Positions 21,086-29,664 of a stretch of DNA of 64,000 nucleotides are shown here, piece by piece. This DNA comes from Syntrophales bacterium (GTDB taxonomy: Bacteria; Desulfobacterota; Syntrophia; Syntrophales; UBA6807): assembly GCA_040767195.1 (NCBI GenBank), contig JAXGPA010000003.1, forward strand, positions 1 to 64,000, given 5' to 3'. Positions within the stretch are counted from its first letter, which is position 1. Every line of letters begins with the position of its first letter. The notes beneath the pieces were generated by a model. The model saw only the letters and a list, made by a program, of their open reading frames with translations. It was not told the origin of the DNA and made no database searches. Both the position numbers and the translations under genes were made by a program.

Positions 21086-22780
21086 TCACATGAGACTGAC
21101 GATCACCGTTCCCCAGATGGTGAGGAGAACGTTGGCAAAGGCATAGGGGGCCGCATATCCCAGGACGGGAGTGGAACTCTCCGCATCTTCCTGGAGGGTG
21201 TTGAGGGCCGCCGTGAGGTTTCTTCCGCCGGCGAGGGCCCCCATGAGGAGGACGGGATTCATCCGGAGGAAAATTCTCGCGAAGAGAAGACCGGTGATGA
21301 CCGGAAGAAGGGTGACGATCACCCCGGCAAAGAAGACGGAAAGCCCCGTCGTCTCCAAGGCCTTGAGAGCCTGGGCCCCGGCCCCGAGGCCGATACAGGC
21401 GATGAAGAGATTGAGACCCAGGTCCTGGAGAATCCATCGTCCCGCTCCGGGTATCTGGCCGAAGGTGGGGTGGATGGACCGGAGCCACCCGAAGACAAGT
21501 CCGGCGACGAGAACACCCCCTCCAACGCCCAGCGTGATGGGGATGGCGTCGATGTGAACCGCCAGAAGCCCCAGAAGGGTGCCGCCGGCGCAGCCGGTTC
21601 CCACCATGATGAGGTCCGTGGCCTCGGTGGGGCGCTCGGCGTATCCCAGGCGTGTCGCGGCCCTTTCCACGTCCTCCCGGGCGCCGATGACCTGGAAGAG
21701 GTCGCACTTCTCCACGACCGTGTCGAGGAGGAGGGGAACCTTATGGCCCATCCGGGTGATCCCTCTCAGGAAAATGCCGTGGCTTGCCGGATCCGCCGCT
21801 AGATCCCGAAGGGTTTTGCCCACGATTTTTTCGTTGAGAACGCAGATTTCCATGACTTCTCCGACGACATCGGCGACATCCGCGATATCCACCTCCGGTC
21901 CGATGATTGCCGGCGCTTCAAGAAAGCAGGTTCTCACGGCCCCGCCGAGGAGGACGACATCGCCCGCCTGGAGGACCGTTTGCGGTTCCGGAATCACGAG
22001 GCCCTCCCTCCGCTTGATTTTTTCGACAGCCACCCGGTAAGGAAAGAGGGCTTCCAGTTCCGCCACTTTTTTCCCCGCCGTCTGGGGATTTTCCACCCGA
22101 TAGGCCCGCAGGGAGAGTTGGCGGGACCAGGAGAAAAGTTCCGGTGTCTTGTCCAGATCGGAAACCCCGCCGGACATGGTGTCCTCGAGCTTCCGGGCTT
22201 CTTCCCTCAGGTTGATTTTCATAAGGCGGGGCAGGACGGTGAAGGAAAGGATGCCGCCCACGGTGCCGAAAACATAGGTGATGGCGTAGGCCACGGCGAT
22301 ATTCGTGTCCAGAGCCGCCCGGGCGGTATCGGACAGCCCCAGGTGAGCCACCGCCCCCTCGGCGGTGCCGATGGCGGCGGAGGTGGTCATGGCCCCGGCG
22401 AACAGGCCGGCGGTGGTTCCCTTGTCAAAGCCGAAAAGTTTTCCCAGGATGACGGACGTGGCAAGGGCCGTGAAAGCGATGACGAGGGAAATCCAGATGT
22501 AGTTGACGCCCTCCTTTCGGAGGGCCCCGAAGAACTGGGGTCCCACCTTGTAGCCGATGCAGAAGGTGAAGAGGGCGAAACTCACGTTTTTCAGGAGCGG
22601 TGGAATCTCGAGGGGAATCTGTCCGAGGAGGAGGGCGACGAGAAGAACGGACGCCGTGGAACCCAGGCCGAATCCCCGGACCTTGACCCGGCCGATGGCA
22701 TAGCCGGCGGCCAGGGAGAGGAAAACGGGTACCTGCGGATAGGTCTGGAAGAGATGAACAATTGACTCGGTCATGGTCAT
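21086..22780 (-). CDS. aspT: Aspartate:alanine antiporter (AAE family)
   Basis: Two hydrophobic repeats (FCIGYKVGPQFF, GAMTTSAAIG; GLNLFIACIG, GYAAPYAFAN) around central TrkA-C-like domains; directly follows aspD. Confidence 0.9.
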   Translation of the reverse strand: MTMTESIVHLFQTYPQVPVFLSLAAGYAIGRVKVRGFGLGSTASVLLVALLLGQIPLEIPPLLKNVSFALFTFCIGYKVGPQFFGALRKEGVNYIWISLVIAFTALATSVILGKLFGFDKGTTAGLFAGAMTTSAAIGTAEGAVAHLGLSDTARAALDTNIAVAYAITYVFGTVGGILSFTVLPRLMKINLREEARKLEDTMSGGVSDLDKTPELFSWSRQLSLRAYRVENPQTAGKKVAELEALFPYRVAVEKIKRREGLVIPEPQTVLQAGDVVLLGGAVRTCFLEAPAIIGPEVDIADVADVVGEVMEICVLNEKIVGKTLRDLAADPASHGIFLRGITRMGHKVPLLLDTVVEKCDLFQVIGAREDVERAATRLGYAERPTEATDLIMVGTGCAGGTLLGLLAVHIDAIPITLGVGGGVLVAGLVFGWLRSIHPTFGQIPGAGRWILQDLGLNLFIACIGLGAGAQALKALETTGLSVFFAGVIVTLLPVITGLLFARIFLRMNPVLLMGALAGGRNLTAALNTLQEDAESSTPVLGYAAPYAFANVLLTIWGTVIVSLM

Positions 22781-22790
22781 CCCTCCGGCG

Positions 22791-24392
22791 TTATTTCTTC
22801 GATTTTTTCCGGCCCTGTTCCCACAGGCGGTGGTATTCTTCCAAAAGCTCGTTGACGCCCCGGCCTATTTCCTCGTACATCCGGTTCGGGAGGTTGGCCA
22901 GGGACACGCGGATTGACATGTTGGGGGCGTCGAACCCGCCGCCGTCGAGAAGGACGACGGATTTTTTCTCCGCGAGACGAACGATGAAGTCAATGGGCTC
23001 GTAGGCCTTCCGGAGATGCCGGGCGAACTCCTTGCCGTAGCGGCTTTCCGCCAGGGCGGGGACGTCGATGGTGGTGTAGTAGCGGGTGCCGTGAGTGTCG
23101 TCAGGCGGAGTGATCTCCATGGCGTTGTAAAGGGTGTTGTGGCGGTGTGTGACGATGTACTGGGCGACCTTCTTGTAGTCTCCTCTCCTGTCGGTGAGGC
23201 AGTAAAGGGAAAAGAAGACCATGAGAACCTGCTGGGGGGTGGACAGGCCCGCCGTGTGATGGAGGGCCACGGAACGGCTGTCCGCCACCATGCGGTCGAT
23301 GAGCTTCATCTTCGCTGGATTGAGGGTGACGGTGCCGTAGCGCTGGTTCAGCTGTTTCCTGGTTTTATCCGGAAAGGCAGCGATTTTTCTGTCGAAAACG
23401 TTTTCCCGGTGGATGCCGATGACACCGAGACGCCACCCCGTCGCCCCGAAATACTTGGAAAAGGAGTAGACGAGGATAGTGTTTTTAGGGGCCACGGTGA
23501 CCAGCGACCGAAAATCGTTGACAAAGGTTCCGTAGACATCGTCGGTGATGATGATGAGGTCTTTTCTTTTCGTCCGGACAAGTCTTCCGATCTTGTTCAG
23601 GGTTTTCCCGTCCATGGCCACCGACGTGGGGTTGGAGGGATGGACGACGAAGAAGGCCTTGACGGCCGGGTCGGCAAGCTTTTCAATTTCCGAATCGGGA
23701 TACTGCCAGCCCCCGTTTTCATCCTGTTGGATTTCCAGTTCCACGAAGCGGTAGTCGTTGAGCCTCGGGATTTCCAGATAGGGGGTGAAGATGGGCGTTC
23801 CGAGGGCGATCTTGTCCCTCTTCTGCAGAAGTCTGTTTTCCATGAGGGTGGTGAAGATGTAATCCATGGCCGCCGTGCCCCCCTCGGTGGCGAAGAGATC
23901 GAAATTTCCCTTGGGAGGCTCGTTACCGCACATTTCCTGAACGAGATAACGGTGGACGATTTTTTCAGTAAGGGCCAGCATCCGTTCCGGGACAGGGTAG
24001 TTGTCCCCCAGGATGCCGTCCACCATTTCCTGAAGGAACCCTTCCGGATCCAGCTTCAGTTCGTCCCGTACATAGTCCAGGGCATTCCGGAGGAAAGGTA
24101 CGCCCGGTTCCTTCTCATTTTTTTTCAGAAAGGTTTCGAATCGCTTGAGAATGTCTTTTTTGTCACAGGGTCCGCCGATGGCCGGCAGCTCCTGCCCCCG
24201 AAGAGATTCCTCCAGGGCGAAAAGGCCGAACCGGAAGAACCCGTGACGGGGAGTGACAGCCACCCAGTTGGGATTTCCCCGGCCGGCGTTGAGCATCATC
24301 CGCTCGTGGTGGGTTTCGGCGATGTTGATGAGTTTGTTCTTGAGTTCAAAGGGACTGAGCTTTTCGTACTTCTTTTCTTCGGACCGTTTCAT
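22791..24392 (-). CDS. aspD: Aspartate 4-decarboxylase (PLP-dependent)
   Basis: LSPFELK, LNAGRGNPNW, FATEGGTAAM, IFTPYLEIP, TDDVYGTF, SFSKYFGATGWRLG and HTAGLSTPQQ motifs. Confidence 0.95.
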   Translation of the reverse strand: MKRSEEKKYEKLSPFELKNKLINIAETHHERMMLNAGRGNPNWVAVTPRHGFFRFGLFALEESLRGQELPAIGGPCDKKDILKRFETFLKKNEKEPGVPFLRNALDYVRDELKLDPEGFLQEMVDGILGDNYPVPERMLALTEKIVHRYLVQEMCGNEPPKGNFDLFATEGGTAAMDYIFTTLMENRLLQKRDKIALGTPIFTPYLEIPRLNDYRFVELEIQQDENGGWQYPDSEIEKLADPAVKAFFVVHPSNPTSVAMDGKTLNKIGRLVRTKRKDLIIITDDVYGTFVNDFRSLVTVAPKNTILVYSFSKYFGATGWRLGVIGIHRENVFDRKIAAFPDKTRKQLNQRYGTVTLNPAKMKLIDRMVADSRSVALHHTAGLSTPQQVLMVFFSLYCLTDRRGDYKKVAQYIVTHRHNTLYNAMEITPPDDTHGTRYYTTIDVPALAESRYGKEFARHLRKAYEPIDFIVRLAEKKSVVLLDGGGFDAPNMSIRVSLANLPNRMYEEIGRGVNELLEEYHRLWEQGRKKSKK

Positions 24393-24611
24393 GGAACCCC
24401 CCTTGGCTGTGATGAAAAGACGAACAAAACAGAAATTCTCATAACCATTGGTTCTATATACACTGATTATGCACAAATTCAATATGATTCCTGATTTTGC
24501 ATGGAAACCGAAAGAAATGATTCCTCCTGGGTGGTAACGTTCCGAAGTCCGCCGTTTACTCAAAAAATGATAGCGGCTCTGATATGTGATATAAATAATA
24601 GAAAGTGGTTC

Positions 24612-24727
24612 AGGAACGTTCTTGAATTTTTAAAAACAGGGTTTGAAAAAGCGTTATTGAAAAATTTAAGAACGTCCCTCCGAGCTGAAAAAGCGTTATT
24701 GAAAAATTTAAGAACGTCCCTGCGAGC
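24612..24727. repeat. Repeat cluster: one inverted copy plus two tandem 42 bp direct copies
   Basis: TGAAAAAGCGTTATTGAAAAATTTAAGAACGTCCCT is identical at 24644-24679 and 24686-24721, each followed by (C/G)CGAGC. AGGAACGTTCTTGAATTTTT at 24612-24631 is an 18/20 inverted match to the 3' 20 bp. Confidence 0.9.
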
Positions 24728-24757
24728 ACTGCGAACATCCCCTCCAAGGAGCGACCC

Positions 24758-26086
24758 TTGACACATCGTGATCAGCGTCTCGACGCGTGGCTCTCCTCTC
24801 TCAGAAACAACTTTGATGTAACTCTTTCCAATGCCCGTGAAATCATAACCTGTTTTCACGAGGAAATGAAAAAGGGTCTGGCCGGTGAAGAAAGTTCCCT
24901 CACGATGATCCCATCATTTACAGGCCGGCCCCGGGGAACGGAGCGGGGACGGTTTCTCGCCCTCGACCTGGGGGGAAGCAACATCCGGGTTTTGTCTGTG
25001 ACCCTTGATGGTAAAGGCCGGGCGAAGACGGAGCGGGTCAGTCGATTTGCCGTTCCTCCTGAAATCATGAAAGGCAGCGGAGAAAACCTCTTCGATTTCG
25101 TTGCCGACAGTGTCGGCGCATTTTTTCGCCGACACGCATTTAATCCGTCTGAGGAACATGATCTTGCTTTTACGTTTTCCTTTCCCGTGGCACAGACGGG
25201 CGTGGCATCGGGGAAACTCCTGACATGGACGAAGGGATTCACCGCAAGCGGAGTCGAGGGCCGTGACGTGGTGCTTCTCCTTACCGAGGCTCTCAGACGT
25301 AAAAAGATGGAAGCGGTCCGTGTCACGGCTCTGGTGAACGACACGGTGGGAACCCTGGCGGCGGGAAGTTATGGCGACCCTGCCTGTGACATGGGTGTGA
25401 TCCTCGGCACGGGGACCAATGCCTGTTATCCTGAACGGTTGAGACGGATCAGAAAAATCCGGGAATCCGGTTCAACCGGCGAAATGATCATCAATATGGA
25501 GTGGGGAAACTTCAACAGGATAAGCAGAAACCTCTTTGATCAGCAACTGGACCGGGCCTCATGGAACCCGGGCCGCCAGGCCATGGAAAAGATGGTTTCG
25601 GGGATGTATCTCGGTGAACTGGCCCGAAGGGTCATTATGGAAGCCAGTGACAGGGGTCTTCTTCTCCAGGGGAAAGACCGGTCCGCCTTGTCCCGGGAAT
25701 ACGTACTGACCGCGGAGCATCTTGCGAAAACGGAGGAGGGCGCTGATTTTTTATCCGATTTTGGAATCAAAGACGTGACAGACAGGGACCGGAACACCGC
25801 AGTGGAGATTTGTCGTATGGTTTCTCGAAGAGCTTCACGGATTGCCGGGGCGGCCATCGCAGCGGTCTTGACATGGATGGACGAGAACCTGGACGGTGAG
25901 CACACCGTCGCCGTCGATGGGTCTCTCTTCGAAAAATATCCGGGATTCAGGGAAAACACGATGAAGGTCATGGGAGAACTTTTTGGGGTAAAAGCGAAGA
26001 AAGTCAGACTCAGACCAACCGCCGATGGATCGGGAATCGGCGCTGCGGTAATAGCTGCTACGAATGTTACCATTTCCTCAAGATAA
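24758..26086 (+). CDS. Hexokinase (Hexokinase_1/Hexokinase_2, eukaryote-type)
   Basis: FLALDLGGSNIRV, FTFSFP, WTKGF, VNDTVGTL, ILGTGTNACY, INMEWGNF, EKMVSGMYLGE, VDGSLF and DGSGIGAA motifs; TTG start after AAGGAG. Confidence 0.93.
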   Translation: MTHRDQRLDAWLSSLRNNFDVTLSNAREIITCFHEEMKKGLAGEESSLTMIPSFTGRPRGTERGRFLALDLGGSNIRVLSVTLDGKGRAKTERVSRFAVPPEIMKGSGENLFDFVADSVGAFFRRHAFNPSEEHDLAFTFSFPVAQTGVASGKLLTWTKGFTASGVEGRDVVLLLTEALRRKKMEAVRVTALVNDTVGTLAAGSYGDPACDMGVILGTGTNACYPERLRRIRKIRESGSTGEMIINMEWGNFNRISRNLFDQQLDRASWNPGRQAMEKMVSGMYLGELARRVIMEASDRGLLLQGKDRSALSREYVLTAEHLAKTEEGADFLSDFGIKDVTDRDRNTAVEICRMVSRRASRIAGAAIAAVLTWMDENLDGEHTVAVDGSLFEKYPGFRENTMKVMGELFGVKAKKVRLRPTADGSGIGAAVIAATNVTISSR

Positions 26087-26116
26087 AATCCGTAACCTTT
26101 TAAAAATCCTGCCATA

Positions 26117-26150
26117 AAAAAGAGTTATTGAAATATTTAAGGACGTCCCT
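26117..26150 (+). repeat. Third direct copy of the repeat, downstream of hexokinase
   Basis: AAAAAGAGTTATTGAAATATTTAAGGACGTCCCT, 31/34 identical to the upstream copies. Confidence 0.85.
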
Positions 26151-26318
26151 CGCTTTTGTTGTTGTCTTGAGAAGTGAGCCGAAGGTTGATTCTTGAGCTC
26201 TTTTGTTGTAACAAGAAAAAGAATATTGAATTAGAATATCTTCAGGTCTAATTGTTCGCAAGCCGACAGATCGTTCCTTTCTTTCAAAACAAGGTTAAAA
26301 AAGAAACAGGAGGTTCAT

Positions 26319-27338
26319 ATGCGAAAAAGGTGGTTTTACGGTTTTGTTTCGGTTTTATTCATGATGTCTCTCATGGTGTCTGTCACCGTGGGGGACGTGT
26401 CCGCCGCTCCTTCCAAGGGGACCCTGGTCCTGGCGGACGTCAACTGGGACAGCGTTCAGGTACACAACCGCATCGCCGGGTTCATCCTGGAACACGGCTA
26501 CGGGTACAAGCCCGACTACATTCCCGGGGCGACCATTGCTCTTTGGGCCGGCATGGAGCGCGGGGATATCGACATTACCATGGAAATATGGGTGGATAAC
26601 CAGCTGGAGGCATACCACAGGGGCATCGACTCGGGGAAGGTCGTCGACCTGGGAAGCAACTTCCCCGACAGCTGGCAGGGATGGCTCGTCCCGACTTACG
26701 TCATCAAGGGGGACCCCGAAAGGGGAATCAAGCCCATGGCCCCGGGTTTGAAGAGTGTCGAGGATCTGCCCCGTTACTGGAAGATCTTCAAAGACCCGGA
26801 GAACCCCGACAGGGGGATCTTCTACTCCTGCATTCCCGGTTGGGAATGCCAGAAAGTGAACGAAAAGAAGTTCAAGGCTTACGGGCTCGACAAGCACTAT
26901 AATATTTTTCTTCCCGGTTCCGACGCCGCTCTCAACGGTTCCATGGCCGCCGCCTACAGGAAAGGGCAGCCCTGGTTCGGCTACTACTGGGCCCCCACCT
27001 GGGTGCTCGGCAAATACGACATGACCCCCATCGAGGAACCCCCCTACGACGAGAATAAGTGGGGGAAGAGTTACGCCTGTGCCTATCCCTCCGTCAAGGT
27101 GAATATCTGCGTCAATTCGAGCCTTCTCAAAAGGGCCCCCGAGGTCGTCGAGTTCCTGAAAAAATATGAGACGACCCAGGACATGGCCAATAAATTCCTG
27201 GCTTACATGCAGGATCACGGCTCGGACACGGGGCTCGCGGCTATCTGGTTTCTGAAGAATTATGAACCCGTCTGGACCACTTGGGTTCCCGCCGACGTGG
27301 AGAAAAAAGTCAAGGCGGCTCTGGCGAAAGAGAGATAA
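26319..27338 (+). CDS. Glycine betaine/proline ABC transporter substrate-binding protein (ProX/OpuAC family)
   Basis: Signal peptide; NWDS, GDIDITMEIW, GWLVPTYV, CIPGWEC and GYYWAPTW motifs. Confidence 0.88.
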   Translation: MRKRWFYGFVSVLFMMSLMVSVTVGDVSAAPSKGTLVLADVNWDSVQVHNRIAGFILEHGYGYKPDYIPGATIALWAGMERGDIDITMEIWVDNQLEAYHRGIDSGKVVDLGSNFPDSWQGWLVPTYVIKGDPERGIKPMAPGLKSVEDLPRYWKIFKDPENPDRGIFYSCIPGWECQKVNEKKFKAYGLDKHYNIFLPGSDAALNGSMAAAYRKGQPWFGYYWAPTWVLGKYDMTPIEEPPYDENKWGKSYACAYPSVKVNICVNSSLLKRAPEVVEFLKKYETTQDMANKFLAYMQDHGSDTGLAAIWFLKNYEPVWTTWVPADVEKKVKAALAKER

Positions 27339-27365
27339 CAAGAAAAACGAAAAAATAACGCGACA

Positions 27366-27395
27366 CGGCGGCGGGGGTTTTTACTCCCGCCGCTG
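27366..27395 (+). terminator. Hairpin after the substrate-binding protein gene
   Basis: CGGCGGCGGGG...CTCCCGCCGCTG stem with a weak U tail. Confidence 0.45.
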
Positions 27396-27431
27396 TTCAT
27401 TACGAACCCGTCTACCCGGGACAGTCGAAAA

Positions 27432-28049
27432 ATGTCAGAAAAAAGTGAAATAACGACCCGCGTCCTGGGCATCGGCGGAAGCCCCCGGAAAAAAGGGAAT
27501 TCCGATGTGATCCTGAAAGAGATTCTGCAGGGTGTCCGGGAGACGGGCGTCCCGGCGAAGCCCGTCCACTTGAGGGATCTTTTATATCAGCCCTGCGTGG
27601 GCTGCGAGAAATGTCGGAAAGACAAGATCTGCACAGGACTGACCGACGGCATGACAACCCTTTATGGGGATATCCTGAAAAGCCGCGGGATGGTTCTCGT
27701 CTCTCCCACGCACAATTACAACGTGACGGCCTGGATGAAGGCCTTCATCGATCGGCTTTACTGCTTTTACGACTACACGGACGAGAGTCCGAGACGCTGG
27801 AAGAGCCGCCTGGGAGGGCAGCGTCGAAAGGCCGTCATTGCCGCCGTCTGCGAACAGGTGACCAAAAAGGACATGGGGTTCACCCTTGAAGCCATGCGTC
27901 TCCCCCTGGAGGCTCTCGGTTATGACGTGGTCGATGAACTGGCGGTTTTCGGCGTTTTTCACCGGGGAAAAGCGAGGGATCGGAAAGACGTCATGACAGA
28001 GGCCCGGGCCCTGGGCCGGAAGCTCGCCAGGGTCCTGCGTGGTTCCTGA
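27432..28049 (+). CDS. Flavodoxin-family / iron-sulfur flavoprotein
   Basis: GSPRKKGNS, CVGCEKCRKDKIC (CxxCxxCx5C), SPTHNY and MKAFIDRL motifs. Confidence 0.88.
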   Translation: MSEKSEITTRVLGIGGSPRKKGNSDVILKEILQGVRETGVPAKPVHLRDLLYQPCVGCEKCRKDKICTGLTDGMTTLYGDILKSRGMVLVSPTHNYNVTAWMKAFIDRLYCFYDYTDESPRRWKSRLGGQRRKAVIAAVCEQVTKKDMGFTLEAMRLPLEALGYDVVDELAVFGVFHRGKARDRKDVMTEARALGRKLARVLRGS

Positions 28050-28164
28050 TATTCCCGCCGACGGAGATCAACATTGAAAACCTCTTGCTGCCGGGGATAT
28101 TTTTGAGATACTACACAAAAGTATCCTGGACAGAGGTGTTGAAAACGCTTTGCGTGGGTAATTC

Positions 28165-28788
28165 ATGAACGTGACGTGGTTCCTCGTGTTTTTTTCCGTT
28201 TTCGCCTGGTCCGCCGTCCATCCCAGGGATTACCCCACCTGGGCCCTGGAAGTCTTCCCCGCCGTTGCGGCCCTCGTCATTCTTCTCGCCACCCGGAAAC
28301 GGTTCCCCCTGACCCGTCTTTCCTATGTTCTGATCCTCATTCACGCGGTGATCCTCATGGTCGGCGGCCATTACACGTATGCGGAAGTCCCGTTCTTCAA
28401 CTGGCTGCGGGACGTCTTCGACCTTCAAAGAAACAACTACGATAAACTGGGTCACCTGGCCCAGGGGTTCGTTCCGGCCATCATCGCCCGGGAAATCATC
28501 ATGAGAAAAGAAATCATACGGGGCAACGGGTGGACCCGCTTTTTCGTTGTTTCCACATGCCTGGGCATCAGCGCTTTTTACGAACTCATCGAGTGGGGGG
28601 TCGCTCTTCTCGCAGGCGCCGAGTCGGAGGCGTTTCTGGCAACCCAGGGTTACGTCTGGGATACCCAGTCGGACATGGCCATGGCCCTTGTCGGCGCCCT
28701 TTTGGCCCTGATTCTTCTCGAGAGGGTTCACGACAGGCAGATGGGGATGTTGAGAGAACCCGCGGGAGAGGGGAAAACAAGGGACTGA
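28165..28788 (+). CDS. DUF2238 (YjdF-like) inner membrane protein
   Basis: GGHYTYAEVP, RNNYDKLGHLAQG, YELIEW and QGYVWDTQSDM motifs. Confidence 0.88.
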   Translation: MNVTWFLVFFSVFAWSAVHPRDYPTWALEVFPAVAALVILLATRKRFPLTRLSYVLILIHAVILMVGGHYTYAEVPFFNWLRDVFDLQRNNYDKLGHLAQGFVPAIIAREIIMRKEIIRGNGWTRFFVVSTCLGISAFYELIEWGVALLAGAESEAFLATQGYVWDTQSDMAMALVGALLALILLERVHDRQMGMLREPAGEGKTRD

Positions 28789-28794
28789 AAAAGG

Positions 28795-28829
28795 AAAAGC
28801 CCCCGCCGTCGCAGCAGGGGCTTGGTTTT
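28795..28829. terminator. Probable bidirectional terminator between DUF2238 and the tRNAs
   Basis: AAGCCCCC...AGGGGCTT stem flanked by A and T runs. Confidence 0.55.
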
Positions 28830-28831
28830 CC

Positions 28832-28907
28832 TGGAGGCGGCAACCGGATTCGAACCGGTGAATAACGGTTTTGCAGACCGCTGCCTTAGCCACTTGGCTA
28901 TGCCGCC
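28832..28907 (-). tRNA. tRNA-Cys (GCA)
   Basis: GGCGGCATAGCCAAGTGGCTAAGGCAGCGGTCTGCAAAACCG...GGTTCGAATCCGGTTGCCGCCTCCA. Confidence 0.97.
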
Positions 28908-28911
28908 GTAA

Positions 28912-28986
28912 TGGAGCGGGCGAACGGATTTGAACCGTCGACCTTCACCTTGGCAAGGTGACACTCTACCGCTGAGTTACGCCCGC
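28912..28986 (-). tRNA. tRNA-Gly (GCC)
   Basis: GCGGGCGTAACTCAGCGGTAGAGTGTCACCTTGCCAAGGTGA...GGTTCAAATCCGTTCGCCCGCTCCA. Confidence 0.97.
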
Positions 28987-29005
28987 ATATAAAAGAACGG
29001 GTTTC

Positions 29006-29034
29006 TTAATAATAAAATCGTCCGCCCTTGTCAA
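29006..29034 (-). promoter_or_regulatory. Putative sigma70 promoter of the tRNA-Gly/Cys pair
   Basis: Minus strand TTGACA-N17-TATTAA, ~20 nt upstream of tRNA-Gly. Confidence 0.6.
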
Positions 29035-29054
29035 CAGAAATCTTCGTGTTCCCG

Positions 29055-29663
29055 TCACGCCCGGGGCCTGATGTTGCTCTCGTAAAACTGCAGAAAGTAG
29101 TCGATTCCCGACCAGAAAGTGAGGATAAGGGCCACGTAAAGGATAGCGATCCCCACCCCGTGGGCGTTCAACCCCAGGAAAGGGTAGTGGATGATGAGAG
29201 CGGAGACGGCGATGACCTGGCAGAGCGTTTTCTGCTTTCCCAGGCGGCTGGCGGGGATGATGAGCCCCTCCGAAGACGCGAAACTGCGGAGCCCGTCCAC
29301 GGCGAGATCACGCATGATGATCACGGCGGCGATCCAGGCGGGGATCCGGCCGGACGGAATCATGAGTATCATGGCCGTGTTCACGATGAGCTTGTCCGCC
29401 AGGGGGTCGAGGAACTTGCCCATGAGCGTGACGATACCGTATCTCCGGGCGATGTAGCCGTCGAGAAGGTCCGTCAGCGCCGCCAGGATGAAAAGGATGG
29501 CGATGACGAGGCTCCACGTCGGCCCGGGGGCGACGAGGAGGAAAAACAGGACGGGAATGACGCCAAGCCTGAGCATCGTGATGGCGTTGGGCAGGTTCAG
29601 GATTTCCCGGGCCCGGCCGGTGAGCGGGAGCCGGTCGAAGGATTGCTTGAGATAGTCGATCAT
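29055..29663 (-). CDS. pgsA: CDP-diacylglycerol--glycerol-3-phosphate 3-phosphatidyltransferase
   Basis: NLPNAITMLR and TDLLDGYIARRYG...GKFLDPLADK motifs; lies upstream of tRNA-Gly-Cys as in E. coli. Confidence 0.95.
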   Translation of the reverse strand: MIDYLKQSFDRLPLTGRAREILNLPNAITMLRLGVIPVLFFLLVAPGPTWSLVIAILFILAALTDLLDGYIARRYGIVTLMGKFLDPLADKLIVNTAMILMIPSGRIPAWIAAVIIMRDLAVDGLRSFASSEGLIIPASRLGKQKTLCQVIAVSALIIHYPFLGLNAHGVGIAILYVALILTFWSGIDYFLQFYESNIRPRA

Positions 29664-29664
29664 G

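Noticed and set aside
24450..24478. dif-like site (GGTTCTATATA CACTGA TTATGCACAAA)
   Set aside because: Only about 5/11 and 7/11 match the E. coli XerC and XerD arms; better explained as AT-rich promoter DNA.
24644..24727. CRISPR mini-array (two identical 36 bp repeats)
   Set aside because: The intervening sequence is only 6 nt and nearly the same after both copies; there are no cas genes in the window.
26087..26150. Integron attC site after hexokinase
   Set aside because: A weak TAAC...GTTA pairing exists, but there are no proper RYYYAAC/GTTRRRY cores or L boxes, and no intI.
21000..28907. Genomic island integrated at tRNA-Cys
   Set aside because: I found no integrase and, by eye, no duplicated tRNA 3' end (att) in the window.
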